DNA of 64,000 nt from Alphaproteobacteria bacterium (GTDB lineage: Bacteria > Pseudomonadota > Alphaproteobacteria > UBA7887): assembly GCA_965216755.1 (NCBI GenBank), contig CBDCGL010000011.1, positions 1,792,001 to 1,856,000 on the forward strand, in the 5' to 3' direction. This document shows, in pieces, positions 9,673 through 18,951 of this stretch (positions are counted from its first letter, which is position 1; every line of letters begins with the position of its first letter). The notes beneath the pieces are model-generated. The model did not search any database, was not told the DNA's origin, and saw nothing but the letters and a program-made list of their open reading frames with translations. The translations under genes were made by a program, and so were the position numbers.

Positions 9673-10668
9673 ATGACCGTGCCCGAGACCATGACCGCCA
9701 TCGAAATCACGGCACCCGGCGGGCCAGAAGTTCTGCAACCGGCGACACGGCCGGTGCCGACGCCCGGCCAAGGTGAGATCTTGGTCCGCGTGCGCGCTGC
9801 GGGCGTAAATCGCCCGGATGTTTTTCAACGCCAAGGACTGTATCCGCCGCCACCCGGCGCCTCGGATTTGCCGGGGTTGGAAATAGCCGGTGAAGTGGCG
9901 GCATGTGGTTTGGATGTCACCGAATACACCGTTGGCGATCGCATTTGCGCACTAACGCCTGGCGGTGGCTACGCCGAGTATTGCATGACGCCTGCATCCC
10001 ACGCACTGCCAATCCCGGATGGACTAGACGACATCGCCGCAGCCGCGCTTCCCGAGACCTATTTTACGGTTTGGACAAACGTGTTTGAACGTGGCCGGTT
10101 GCAAGCCGGTGAGTGGTTGCTCGTCCACGGTGGCAGCAGTGGAATTGGCACCACGGCGATCCAGTTGGCGCGCAGATTCGACGCGCGCGTGATCGCAACC
10201 GCAGGATCGGCCGCAAAGTGCCAAGCGTGTCTGGAACTCGGCGCCGAGGTCGCGGTCAATTACCGTGACCAGGATTTCGTCGAAGTGGTCCGCACGACCA
10301 CCGACGGACGCGGCGTCGACGTTATTTTGGACATGGTCGCGGGCGACTATGTTCCGCGCAATATCAAGTGTTTAGCGGAAGACGGCCGACTGGTCATCAT
10401 CGCCTTTTTGGGCGGCAGCAAGGCTCATATCGATTTCAATCCGGTCATGCGCAAACGACTGACCTTGACCGGATCCACGTTGCGTCCGCGGTCACTGGAG
10501 AAAAAGGCGGAAATCGCCGCGGCCTTGCGCGCACAAGTCTGGCCGTTGCTGTCATCCGGACGCGTTAAACCGGTCATCGATACGGTTTTGCCGCTCGCGC
10601 AAGCCGCCGAAGCTCACGGCCTAATGGAATCTAGCCGGCATGTCGGCAAAATCATGCTATCTGTCTGA
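9673..10668 (+). CDS. NAD(P)H-quinone oxidoreductase (PIG3/Qor family)
   Basis: GVNRPD, GLYPPPPGAS, PGLEIAG, HGGSSGIG, TGSTLR. Confidence 0.93.
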   Translation: MTVPETMTAIEITAPGGPEVLQPATRPVPTPGQGEILVRVRAAGVNRPDVFQRQGLYPPPPGASDLPGLEIAGEVAACGLDVTEYTVGDRICALTPGGGYAEYCMTPASHALPIPDGLDDIAAAALPETYFTVWTNVFERGRLQAGEWLLVHGGSSGIGTTAIQLARRFDARVIATAGSAAKCQACLELGAEVAVNYRDQDFVEVVRTTTDGRGVDVILDMVAGDYVPRNIKCLAEDGRLVIIAFLGGSKAHIDFNPVMRKRLTLTGSTLRPRSLEKKAEIAAALRAQVWPLLSSGRVKPVIDTVLPLAQAAEAHGLMESSRHVGKIMLSV

Positions 10669-10817
10669 AGGATTGGCGCGGTCGAAATTTTGCTCAAGCC
10701 CCCTTTTTCGGGTCTTGGCCATCGTTATATCTAACGGCAACTTTTACCTGACCGCTGGTCGATCATCTGAAGAGACGACCGTATCGCGGTCGATTTGCTG
10801 ACAAACGGGGAACAAGA

Positions 10818-11405
10818 ATGGCGCACCCGCTTATGCCCAAAGCGACGGCCGTTTGGCTGATCGACAACACGACATTGACCTTCGACCAAATTGCGGCCTT
10901 TTGCGGTCTCCACAAGCTTGAAGTCGAAGGCATCGCCGACGGCAAAGTGGCCACCGACATTATCGGCCTTGACCCCGTCGCCAATGGTCAGTTGACACGC
11001 GACGAAATCGCACGCTGCGAAGCCGATCCGAACGCGCAAATGAAGATGAAGGCGACCGATACACCGCTGACGTCGGCACGCCGCAAGGGGCCGCGCTATA
11101 CGCCTGTTTCAAAACGCCAAGACCGGCCCGACGCGATCGCGTGGCTGTTGAAATATCACCCAGAAATCACGGATGCGCGCATCGCCAAGTTGCTGGGCAC
11201 AACAAAAGCAACCATCGAAGCCGTTCGCTCGCGGACGCATTGGAACGCATCCAATATTAAGCCGCGCGACCCGGTGCTGCTTGGGCTGTGCACACAAACC
11301 GACTTGGAGATAGAGGTGCAAAAAGCGGCGGCACGGCGACCGAAGACCGAGCCGGAGCCCGAACCCGAACCCGCCGCCGCTACGGTAGAGGATCCGCCGG
11401 CCTGA
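10818..11405 (+). CDS. trcR: DUF1013 family cell-cycle transcriptional regulator TrcR
   Basis: PLMPKATAVWLIDNT, RYTPVSKRQDRPDAIAWL, THWN and DPVLLGLC are conserved DUF1013 blocks. Confidence 0.88.
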   Translation: MAHPLMPKATAVWLIDNTTLTFDQIAAFCGLHKLEVEGIADGKVATDIIGLDPVANGQLTRDEIARCEADPNAQMKMKATDTPLTSARRKGPRYTPVSKRQDRPDAIAWLLKYHPEITDARIAKLLGTTKATIEAVRSRTHWNASNIKPRDPVLLGLCTQTDLEIEVQKAAARRPKTEPEPEPEPAAATVEDPPA

Positions 11406-11435
11406 CGCTGCGCGGCGCTTCGGCTCAAGCTCACG

Positions 11436-12896
11436 ATGTCGCAAACCAGTGATCTGACGGCGCAACTGGAAGCCCTGGTGGGTCGTCGCGTGCTTTGCAT
11501 CGGCGACATCATGTGCGACCGGTTCGTTGATGGCGCAGTCGCCCGTATCTCACCCGAAGCACCGATACCCGTGCTCAAGACCGCGCATGAATGGTCGATA
11601 CCGGGCGGCGCCGGCAATGTGGCGCGCAACGTCGCCGCCCTGGGTGGCCATTGCCATTGCCTGGGCGTGATTGGCGACGACGAATCCGGTCGCGCGCTGC
11701 GAACGATGTTCGACGAACTCACTGGAATCGACGCAAACTTGGCGATCGACCCATCGCGTCCAACCACGGTCAAGACACGCTATATCGCAAGCGGTCAACA
11801 GCTTTTGCGGGCTGATCGGGAAAGTGACGGACCCATCGATGGCCATTTGAGCGAGAAGTTGCTCGCGGCCGCCAAAGACACCCTACCTCAATGCGACATC
11901 GTCATTCTCTCGGACTATGCAAAAGGAGTCGTCACCGCAAACATCGCTGCCAAGATCATTGGCTTGGCCAATACTCACGGCAAACCGGTACTCGTCGATC
12001 CGGGTCGTGCGGACTACGCCAGCTATCGGGGCGCCACCCTGGTCACACCCAATCGTGCCGAGTTCGAACAAGCCGTCGGTCGCGCGGTGGACGGCGACAT
12101 GGACGTGGTCGCGGCTGGACGCGCCCTCATAGATCGATTTGATCTCGCCGCTTTGCTCGTGACGCGGAGTCACGAGGGCATGTCGTACGTCACCCGCGAT
12201 GATCACTTCGTGTGCCCCACGCAGGCGCGCGAAGTCTTCGATGTTTCCGGTGCCGGGGATACCGTGGTCGCGGTTTTGGCGGCGGCCATGGCATCCGGAA
12301 TACCGATGGAAGACGCCGTTCGCCTGGCCAACGCAGCCGCCGGCATTGTCGTCGGCAAGGTCGGCACCGCCACGATTGGCCGCGCCGAACTTGAGACGGC
12401 GCTGCGCGAGTCGGATGTCCTTGCCGACGAAACCAAGGTGATGAGCGCCGAAATGGCCGTGGAAACGGTCCGAAGGTGGCGCCGCCGCAGGGCGCGGATC
12501 GGATTCACGAACGGCTGTTTCGACCTGTTGCATCCGGGTCATGTGGCGCTGCTGCAGCAAGCCCGCAGCCATTGCGATCGCTTGGTCGTCGGGCTGAACA
12601 GCGATGCATCGGTGGCGCGCTTAAAGGGCGAAGGGAGGCCAGTGCAATCTGAAAACGCGCGGGCCTTGGTTTTGGCGTCGCTCGCGTTGGTTGATGTGGT
12701 CGTGATATTTGCCGACGACACGCCAATCGGCCTGATCGAGGCACTGCGGCCGGACACGTTGGTCAAGGGGGCCGACTATGCGATCACGAATGTCGTGGGC
12801 GCTGACTTTGTACAAAGTTATGGCGGCGACGTGGTTCTGGCGGACTTACTAGACGGTTACAGCACAACCGACACGATCGCCCGTATTGCCGACTGA
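11436..12896 (+). CDS. hldE: Bifunctional heptose-7-phosphate kinase / heptose-1-phosphate adenylyltransferase
   Basis: RISPEAPIPV, GGAGNVA, DVSGAGDT (kinase) plus FTNGCFDLLHPGH, GLNSDAS, KGADY (transferase). Confidence 0.95.
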   Translation: MSQTSDLTAQLEALVGRRVLCIGDIMCDRFVDGAVARISPEAPIPVLKTAHEWSIPGGAGNVARNVAALGGHCHCLGVIGDDESGRALRTMFDELTGIDANLAIDPSRPTTVKTRYIASGQQLLRADRESDGPIDGHLSEKLLAAAKDTLPQCDIVILSDYAKGVVTANIAAKIIGLANTHGKPVLVDPGRADYASYRGATLVTPNRAEFEQAVGRAVDGDMDVVAAGRALIDRFDLAALLVTRSHEGMSYVTRDDHFVCPTQAREVFDVSGAGDTVVAVLAAAMASGIPMEDAVRLANAAAGIVVGKVGTATIGRAELETALRESDVLADETKVMSAEMAVETVRRWRRRRARIGFTNGCFDLLHPGHVALLQQARSHCDRLVVGLNSDASVARLKGEGRPVQSENARALVLASLALVDVVVIFADDTPIGLIEALRPDTLVKGADYAITNVVGADFVQSYGGDVVLADLLDGYSTTDTIARIAD

Positions 12897-12911
12897 GGTG
12901 CGACGCAACAC

Positions 12912-13508
12912 ATGACACCCCAGCGACTGACAGTCGGTATCAGCGGCGCCTCGGGTGCTATTTACGGCATCCGTCTCTTGCAGCAATTGCGGGATCTGCC
13001 AATTGAAACCCACTTGGTGATGTCGCCGGCGGGCGAGCGGACCATTGCCTACGAAACCGACCTCAAGGTCGCCGCGGTCCGTGCCCTCGCAGATCATTGG
13101 TATGCCAACGACGATGTTGGCGCGGCGATTGCCAGTGGCTCCTTCCGAACGGCCGGTATGGTTGTCGCCCCGTGTTCCATGCGGAGCGTTGCCGAGCTTG
13201 CCGCCGGAACCACGGCGACGCTGCTGACCCGCGCAGCGGACGTGGTACTCAAGGAAAAGCGACCGTTGGTCCTGGTCGTGCGGGAGACGCCCCTACACGC
13301 CGGGCATTTGCGCAATCTTGCCACCTTGGCCGAGCTGGGTGCCACGATCGCGCCGCCGGTGCCCGCCTTTTACGCCCGGCCGCGCAACCTTGATGACGTC
13401 GTCGACCACACTATCGGCCGCGTCCTCGACATATTCGGCATCGACATCGGCGCGGTCGAACGGTGGGGTGAACAGCGACAACGGCGACGGCGTCCGGGCA
13501 ATGGGTAA
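12912..13508 (+). CDS. ubiX: Flavin prenyltransferase
   Basis: GISGASG, IASGS, APCS, RAADV, RETP, PPVPAFY. Confidence 0.95.
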   Translation: MTPQRLTVGISGASGAIYGIRLLQQLRDLPIETHLVMSPAGERTIAYETDLKVAAVRALADHWYANDDVGAAIASGSFRTAGMVVAPCSMRSVAELAAGTTATLLTRAADVVLKEKRPLVLVVRETPLHAGHLRNLATLAELGATIAPPVPAFYARPRNLDDVVDHTIGRVLDIFGIDIGAVERWGEQRQRRRRPGNG

Positions 13509-13521
13509 TTCAGCAGCGTCG

Positions 13522-13545
13522 GTTTCGGTGACAGTTTCGGTGACA
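13522..13545. repeat. 12-bp tandem duplication (GTTTCGGTGACA x2) at the left end of element copy 1
   Basis: Read directly from the sequence. Confidence 0.9.
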
Positions 13546-13624
13546 GTTTACTAAATACACTATACGTTGTATGGTGATGTTTTAGACCACTTTATTTTGT
13601 ATATTTAGTAAACTGTCACCGAAA
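13535..13624. mobile_element. ~90-bp MITE/REPIN-like element, copy 1
   Basis: Perfect 23-bp terminal inverted repeat TTTCGGTGACAGTTTACTAAATA (13535-13557 / 13602-13624), AT-rich interior, identical arms in copy 2 at 53311. Confidence 0.8.
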
Positions 13625-13638
13625 TTAAAATTCGTATA

Positions 13639-14478
13639 TCAATGGCTTTCAGCACCATAATGTTGCCGTAGCCGTGCCCAATCGTCCGCCCAACAGCATT
13701 CGTGGTTGTAATCCGGCAGGACGGCGAGCTTAACCGGAGCGGTCGGCGACAATGCGTCGATATACGATTGGACGATCGATTCCGGGACTTTGTCATCGTC
13801 GGCACCAACCAGATGGGTCTGCGGGATCGCATCAAGCGCCGCCGCAAACGCGACTGGATTGAGCGAACCCAACAGCGGGCTGACACCGTGGTAGCGAGTC
13901 CATGCTGCGTGATCGAGATTGGCAGCCACCGTCATGACATGATCGACATCGCCACGGCCCGCTGCCAACAGGGTGGCGATCACGCCACCGCCCGAATAGC
14001 CAATCAAAGTGAGTCGCGCGGCCCCGGCGTCGGACTTAAGGATATCAATGGCGGCACCGATCGCATCAATAACTGGGGTGCCGTAGCGGTGGGACGACCA
14101 AAAATGCGGTGCGCAAGGGCCGCTTGGACCGCGTTCAACAAATTGGCAGGGGCGCGCGATATATGCGACCGCCGGTGCCGGTTCGGCAATCGCCATGCGC
14201 AACACGGTCAATTGCCTCGGTGTCGGATCCATAGAGAGCTGATAGCGATTGCGCCACGCCGCGCCGTCACCTTCGATATAGACGACCAGGCGCTTGTTGT
14301 CGTGGCCGCGACTGTAGCTGCGGAGCGTAAATTCACCTGCCGCGATATCGCGACGATCAAAGCCGTGGTCACGCGCTAGATCGTCGCTCGCCTGACGCGA
14401 ATCGGATGGCAGGCCCGGCCCTGAGCAGCCAAAACCGAGGATGCTCAGCGGCGCCAAAATAAGACAAGCCCGGCGCAC
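13639..14478 (-). CDS. Putative lipoprotein alpha/beta hydrolase (esterase-like)
   Basis: Signal ending LGFG-C, VYIEGDG, ARPCQ, GYSGG nucleophile elbow, C-terminal H; GTG start inferred. Confidence 0.82.
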   Translation of the reverse strand: MRRACLILAPLSILGFGCSGPGLPSDSRQASDDLARDHGFDRRDIAAGEFTLRSYSRGHDNKRLVVYIEGDGAAWRNRYQLSMDPTPRQLTVLRMAIAEPAPAVAYIARPCQFVERGPSGPCAPHFWSSHRYGTPVIDAIGAAIDILKSDAGAARLTLIGYSGGGVIATLLAAGRGDVDHVMTVAANLDHAAWTRYHGVSPLLGSLNPVAFAAALDAIPQTHLVGADDDKVPESIVQSYIDALSPTAPVKLAVLPDYNHECCWADDWARLRQHYGAESH

Positions 14479-14515
14479 GCGCCGGGCCTTGCCAATAAAT
14501 TCCTCGCAATGGCGG

Positions 14516-15544
14516 CTAGAACTTGATGCGCAGGTTGCCTGAAACCGTCGTTTGCTCGACATCCGAGCGGCCAAACAGCGTAGTGCCCTGAATTCCACCC
14601 GTGACGCGCTCGCTAAGCGCGAAGTTAACGCCGCCGCCAACTTCGAAACCATTGCGATCATTTTCAGGAACCAGTTGACCGGCACCGACGGCAACCTTGT
14701 CGCGCATGAAGTCATGCTCGAACCGGCCGGTGACAAAAGGCTCGACCCGCCCCAGCACATAGCCAACCTGGCCGCCGACATGGAGCTGCCCAAATTCAAT
14801 ATCGCGCGACGGATTTCGCGTCCCATCCGTTTCCGTGAACTCGTCTTGATCCTCCTGCGCCCACAGCAGTCCAACTTGCCCCGACAAGGCCAGCCGGTTG
14901 ACGCGATAATAGCCGTTAACGTTGCCGGCCAGGAACCAGCGCTCCCAATCCATATCGCCGGCAATGTTGGTTCCGCCCGTCGACCTGGTCATTTCGCTTT
15001 TGCCGGCGAAACTATACCCGCCCGCAACATCGGCCGTGAAATAGCGGTTCAAGATGAAGCCGACATACGGCGCGACAGTAAAACCGTCGCCGTTCAAGCT
15101 ACCACGATTGTAGGTCGTATCGACTTCAATGTCCTCCCAACTGGTCGCGACCCCACCTAACAATCGGTCGGTCATTTGGTAGTCGGCGCCACCGACCATA
15201 GTCACGTAATCGCCATCATGAGCGATCGAGCCCAAGTCGTTTTCCAACGACCTCCATGCGCTGGCGCCCCATACGCTCACGCGATCGTCGCTGCCGCCGG
15301 CAGCCAGGCCGGAATCGATATCCACAACGGTTCCCACCGCACCGCCCGGGGTCGGGCCCAGCGATGCGGCCACGCGCGACGTGATCAGACCAATATTGGT
15401 ACTAAGGGCCTCGTTGGTGGTCGCGGGAAACGTCGCGACGGAACCTGCTTGCAAAGTCGTATCGGTACTTTGTTCCCCGGCAAGTGCCGGTATGGCCACT
15501 AATGTGCAGGCCGCAGCAAACCCTAGAACGCGGATTTCTCTCAT
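14516..15544 (-). CDS. Autotransporter-type outer-membrane beta-barrel protein without passenger domain
   Basis: Signal peptide (..PALA/GE), short linker, amphipathic beta strands (GADY, APYVG, EPFV), C-terminal NLRIKF. Confidence 0.82.
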   Translation of the reverse strand: MREIRVLGFAAACTLVAIPALAGEQSTDTTLQAGSVATFPATTNEALSTNIGLITSRVAASLGPTPGGAVGTVVDIDSGLAAGGSDDRVSVWGASAWRSLENDLGSIAHDGDYVTMVGGADYQMTDRLLGGVATSWEDIEVDTTYNRGSLNGDGFTVAPYVGFILNRYFTADVAGGYSFAGKSEMTRSTGGTNIAGDMDWERWFLAGNVNGYYRVNRLALSGQVGLLWAQEDQDEFTETDGTRNPSRDIEFGQLHVGGQVGYVLGRVEPFVTGRFEHDFMRDKVAVGAGQLVPENDRNGFEVGGGVNFALSERVTGGIQGTTLFGRSDVEQTTVSGNLRIKF

Positions 15545-15955
15545 CTCACCCTTTCAGACGACGACCGCAGCGGTCGCTTTAGATTAGAGCAACCCTCCCC
15601 GCGTTATTCATTGGAGGGATTTCATCAGATTGATATGGGGAGTCCAAGTCCTGCTGCGACCGGCGGCCACTATTCCCGCGCCTTCGTTGCACAAATGGCA
15701 CAACGGCCCAGGCCGCATGTCTAAAACCCGCCATTCCCCAGAGGACCGGCGCGTTCGGGTCAAAAATTGTCATATTTTTTGTAAAATTACTGTGAATAGG
15801 CGAGCATTGGCCGGAACTGCGTGCGTGTCCCATGCCAAGTTTGGGTGGTGCAAGAAAAGCACAGACGTGGCACAAGCGCCACGGCTCGCGTGGTGCTGTG
15901 CGACAAGAAGCACAAAACTGTTGGCGCGCCCGACGCGGGCGCCAGTTTACGGGGG

Positions 15956-16453
15956 TTATGGGGTGGCGGATCCCACTTTCTTGCTCACAGGAAACGGCGC
16001 GACGCACCGCAGACCGGCCGGCAGGGTATTGACGACCACGCAGCCGACATCACGGTTTTCGAATTTGTCCCGCCAATATTGTGAGTCGTAGAGCCCAAAA
16101 ACCTCAACCAGGGCGTTGAGCGTCGCCATTGGATCGACGCCATCATCCCGCAACGACTCGTCAAGCTGCAGGCGTTCGCACAGATTCTCCCACCTTTGAC
16201 CATCGACGGCCGCCACCACCACATAGCCTGTATCGGCTGTGTGGTAGATGTGATAGCGGGGTGAAATGCCATTTGACGGTCCTTCCGACGCGTCTTGGAT
16301 CAACACATCGGTCGTGTTGCCCGCCTCGCCGGCTGCGTCTTCTGGCGCCATGCGCGTGACGCGCGCGCCCGCGTCGGCCAATATGTCAGCCACCTGTGTG
16401 CCAGGCGCTGACATGCTCAAACTCAAGACCCGGATCCCTTCAAGCGGTCGCAT
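15956..16453 (-). CDS. Internally shortened family III CoA-transferase-like protein (possible pseudogene)
   Basis: N-terminal PLEGIRVLSLS..PG..LADAGARV and small-domain YHIYHTAD..W..LC, but only 165 aa; lacks the RNK/RPG/catalytic Asp region. Confidence 0.65.
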   Translation of the reverse strand: MRPLEGIRVLSLSMSAPGTQVADILADAGARVTRMAPEDAAGEAGNTTDVLIQDASEGPSNGISPRYHIYHTADTGYVVVAAVDGQRWENLCERLQLDESLRDDGVDPMATLNALVEVFGLYDSQYWRDKFENRDVGCVVVNTLPAGLRCVAPFPVSKKVGSATP

Positions 16454-16716
16454 CGGTGCCCCTCATGCTGATCTCAACGGCTTCGGCCTCAGACAGGTCC
16501 AGCTGTCGTCGGGAGAAAGCTCTTCTAGCCGGCCATGACTAGTAATTAGGGGCCGGATGCCGGAATTTCGAACAACTCTGCCGAAATCTAGCAAATCAAA
16601 CTGCTTTTGATGCCGATCCCGTATCGGCCAGGCGCTACAGCGGTTATCCTCACGCACCCTGGCAACCACGCCAATCCGGCCAGGCGCTGGATAAATCCCT
16701 CTACGGACTGAATGAA

Positions 16717-17838
16717 ATGGTCGAGAAAGGCGAAAATGAACGGCGCATTTTGCGCCGCGACCCTAACCCCAAATGCTTTGAGCCCATGACGCTGCGCAGC
16801 ATCACCACACGCAATCGCATCGTGCTGTCGCCCATGTGCCAATACAGCGCCCAGGATGGGCTGCCCAACGACTGGCATTTGGTCCACCTCGGGGCGCGCG
16901 CGGCCGGTGGCGCGGGCATCGTTTTCACCGAATCCGTCCATACCGAGCCGCGCGGCCGTATCACGCATCATTGCCTGGGGTTGTGGAACGATGCCCAGGA
17001 GAACGCTTTTGCGCGCATCGCCGCTTTTGTCGCCGGTCAGGGCGCGGTCCCAGCAATCCAACTCGGCCATGCCGGCCGCAAGGGTTCGGTCACGCGGCCG
17101 TGGGAGGGAACCAAGCCCGTCCTGCCCGATGGTGGCGGCTGGCCGATCATCGCTCCCTCGCCCACCGCTTACGCCGCGGGTTGGCAAGTGCCGGAAGAGA
17201 TGTCCCAGGCCACGATTGATGACGCCATCGCCGCGACCGCGGAGGCGGCGCGCCGTGCCCATCGAGCGGGATTCAAGCTGGTTGAGGTCCACGCGGCTCA
17301 CGGCTATCTGATCCATCAGTTCCTGTCGCCCTTGTCAAACAGCCGCACCGACGGCTATGGCGGGTCGCTCGACAATCGCATGCGATTTCTGATGGAAACT
17401 CTGGACGCGGTGCGTGACGTTTGGCCCGACAACTTGCCCCTATTTGTACGGCTGTCTTGTACAGACTGGGTTGACGGCGGTTGGGACCTCGATCAATCGA
17501 TCACGTTGGCCCGCGCCCTGAAAGCGCGCGGTGACGTCGACTTGATTGATTGCTCAACAGGCGGCAATGACCCGCGCCAGAAAATCCCGATCCACCCCGG
17601 CTATCAAATCCCGTTTGCCGAGGCTGTTCGTGGCGCGGCGGATCTTCCGACCATGGCGGTTGGTCTGTTGCATAGTGCTGATATGATCGAAGAAGTGATC
17701 GCCAACGAGCGCGCGGATTTGGTCGCGTTGGGCCGCGGCCTGATGGCCGACCCCCATTGGCCACTGCGCGCCGCCAACAGCCTCCGTGCGCGCAACGTCA
17801 CCTGGCCGATTCAATATGAACGGTCGAACATATTCTGA
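16717..17838 (+). CDS. NADH:flavin oxidoreductase (Old Yellow Enzyme, YqjM/NamA-like)
   Basis: NRIVLSPMCQYSA, QLGHAGRK, HAAHGYL, YGGSLDNR, PGYQ. Confidence 0.93.
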   Translation: MVEKGENERRILRRDPNPKCFEPMTLRSITTRNRIVLSPMCQYSAQDGLPNDWHLVHLGARAAGGAGIVFTESVHTEPRGRITHHCLGLWNDAQENAFARIAAFVAGQGAVPAIQLGHAGRKGSVTRPWEGTKPVLPDGGGWPIIAPSPTAYAAGWQVPEEMSQATIDDAIAATAEAARRAHRAGFKLVEVHAAHGYLIHQFLSPLSNSRTDGYGGSLDNRMRFLMETLDAVRDVWPDNLPLFVRLSCTDWVDGGWDLDQSITLARALKARGDVDLIDCSTGGNDPRQKIPIHPGYQIPFAEAVRGAADLPTMAVGLLHSADMIEEVIANERADLVALGRGLMADPHWPLRAANSLRARNVTWPIQYERSNIF

Positions 17839-17957
17839 CCGTGCGCGCGGGTTTCTAGATCAATCTTCGTTTAATCGGTGTCGTTTGAACGAAGTTAATT
17901 TGCTCGGTATCAAATAAATGGAACATATCATGCGAACGCAAGTGAGCATGACAAGTT

Positions 17958-18917
17958 CTAGTTGAAAGCCTCTTCCCACGTGCCCTGGGTGGCGGCGCGC
18001 GAGTATTCGGTGGCCCGGTTTTCGAAGAAATTGGTGTGTTCAACGCCGTTCAGGATTTCCTCAAGCCACGGCAGCGGATTGCGGCCGACATGATAAACAG
18101 GATCGAGTCCGAGCTCAGCCAAACGACGGTCGGCGATATAGCGGATGTATCGTTTAACGTCGACGGCACCCAACCCTTCGACGCCGCCAAGCTCGAACGC
18201 CAGATCGATAAAGGCGTCTTCATGTTCCACCACTGTATCGCAGATCTGATAGAGATCATCGCGTAGCCCGCGATTGTCAATTTCCGGATTTTCAGTCACA
18301 AAAGTCTTGAACAACCGAATAACCGATTGGGTGTGCAAGGTTTCGTCGCGTACCGACCACGAGACGATTTGTCCCATGCCCTTCATTTTGTTGAAACGGG
18401 GGAAATTCAGCAAAATCGCAAAGCTGGCAAATAATTGCAGCCCTTCCGTAAACGCACCGAATGCAGCCAAAGTCCGCGCAATGTCTCCCTTGGTCGCGGT
18501 CCCGAACTGCTGCATATAGTCATATTTGTCCTTCATCTGCTTGTAATGCAGAAACGCGGCGTACTCGCTTTCAGGAATGCCGATCGTATCCAGCAAATAG
18601 GAATAGGCGGCGATATGGACGGTCTCCATGTTCGCGAACGCAACCAACATCATCATGATTTCAGTTGGTTTGAAGACAGCGGCGTAGTGCCGCATATAAC
18701 AATTGTTGACCTCAACGTCGCTTTGGGTGAAGAAACGGAAAATCTGCGTGAGGAGATTTCGTTCCTCGGCGGTGAGATTCCGATGCCAGTCCTTGATGTC
18801 GTCGGCCAGCGGCACTTCTTCCGGCAGCCAATGGATGCGCTGCTGCGTGTACCAAGCATCATACGCCCAGGGATATCGAAACGGCTTGTAAACCGGGTTG
18901 GCGTCCAGCAAAGACAT
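17958..18917 (-). CDS. nrdB: Class Ia ribonucleotide reductase beta subunit
   Basis: FFTQSD, METVHIAAY (radical Tyr), EGLQLF, RDETLH, NFFENRATEY. Confidence 0.96.
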   Translation of the reverse strand: MSLLDANPVYKPFRYPWAYDAWYTQQRIHWLPEEVPLADDIKDWHRNLTAEERNLLTQIFRFFTQSDVEVNNCYMRHYAAVFKPTEIMMMLVAFANMETVHIAAYSYLLDTIGIPESEYAAFLHYKQMKDKYDYMQQFGTATKGDIARTLAAFGAFTEGLQLFASFAILLNFPRFNKMKGMGQIVSWSVRDETLHTQSVIRLFKTFVTENPEIDNRGLRDDLYQICDTVVEHEDAFIDLAFELGGVEGLGAVDVKRYIRYIADRRLAELGLDPVYHVGRNPLPWLEEILNGVEHTNFFENRATEYSRAATQGTWEEAFN

Positions 18918-18951
18918 AATTCAGACCTTTTCCCCAGATATTATTTGTACG

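Noticed and set aside
11347-11372. (PE)n-coding low-complexity repeat in trcR
   Set aside because: Ordinary disordered C-terminal linker with mixed codons
13535-13624. Simple bidirectional terminator between ubiX and the hydrolase gene
   Set aside because: It may act as one, but identical 23-bp arms recur at 53311 between co-oriented genes, so a shared element origin is needed
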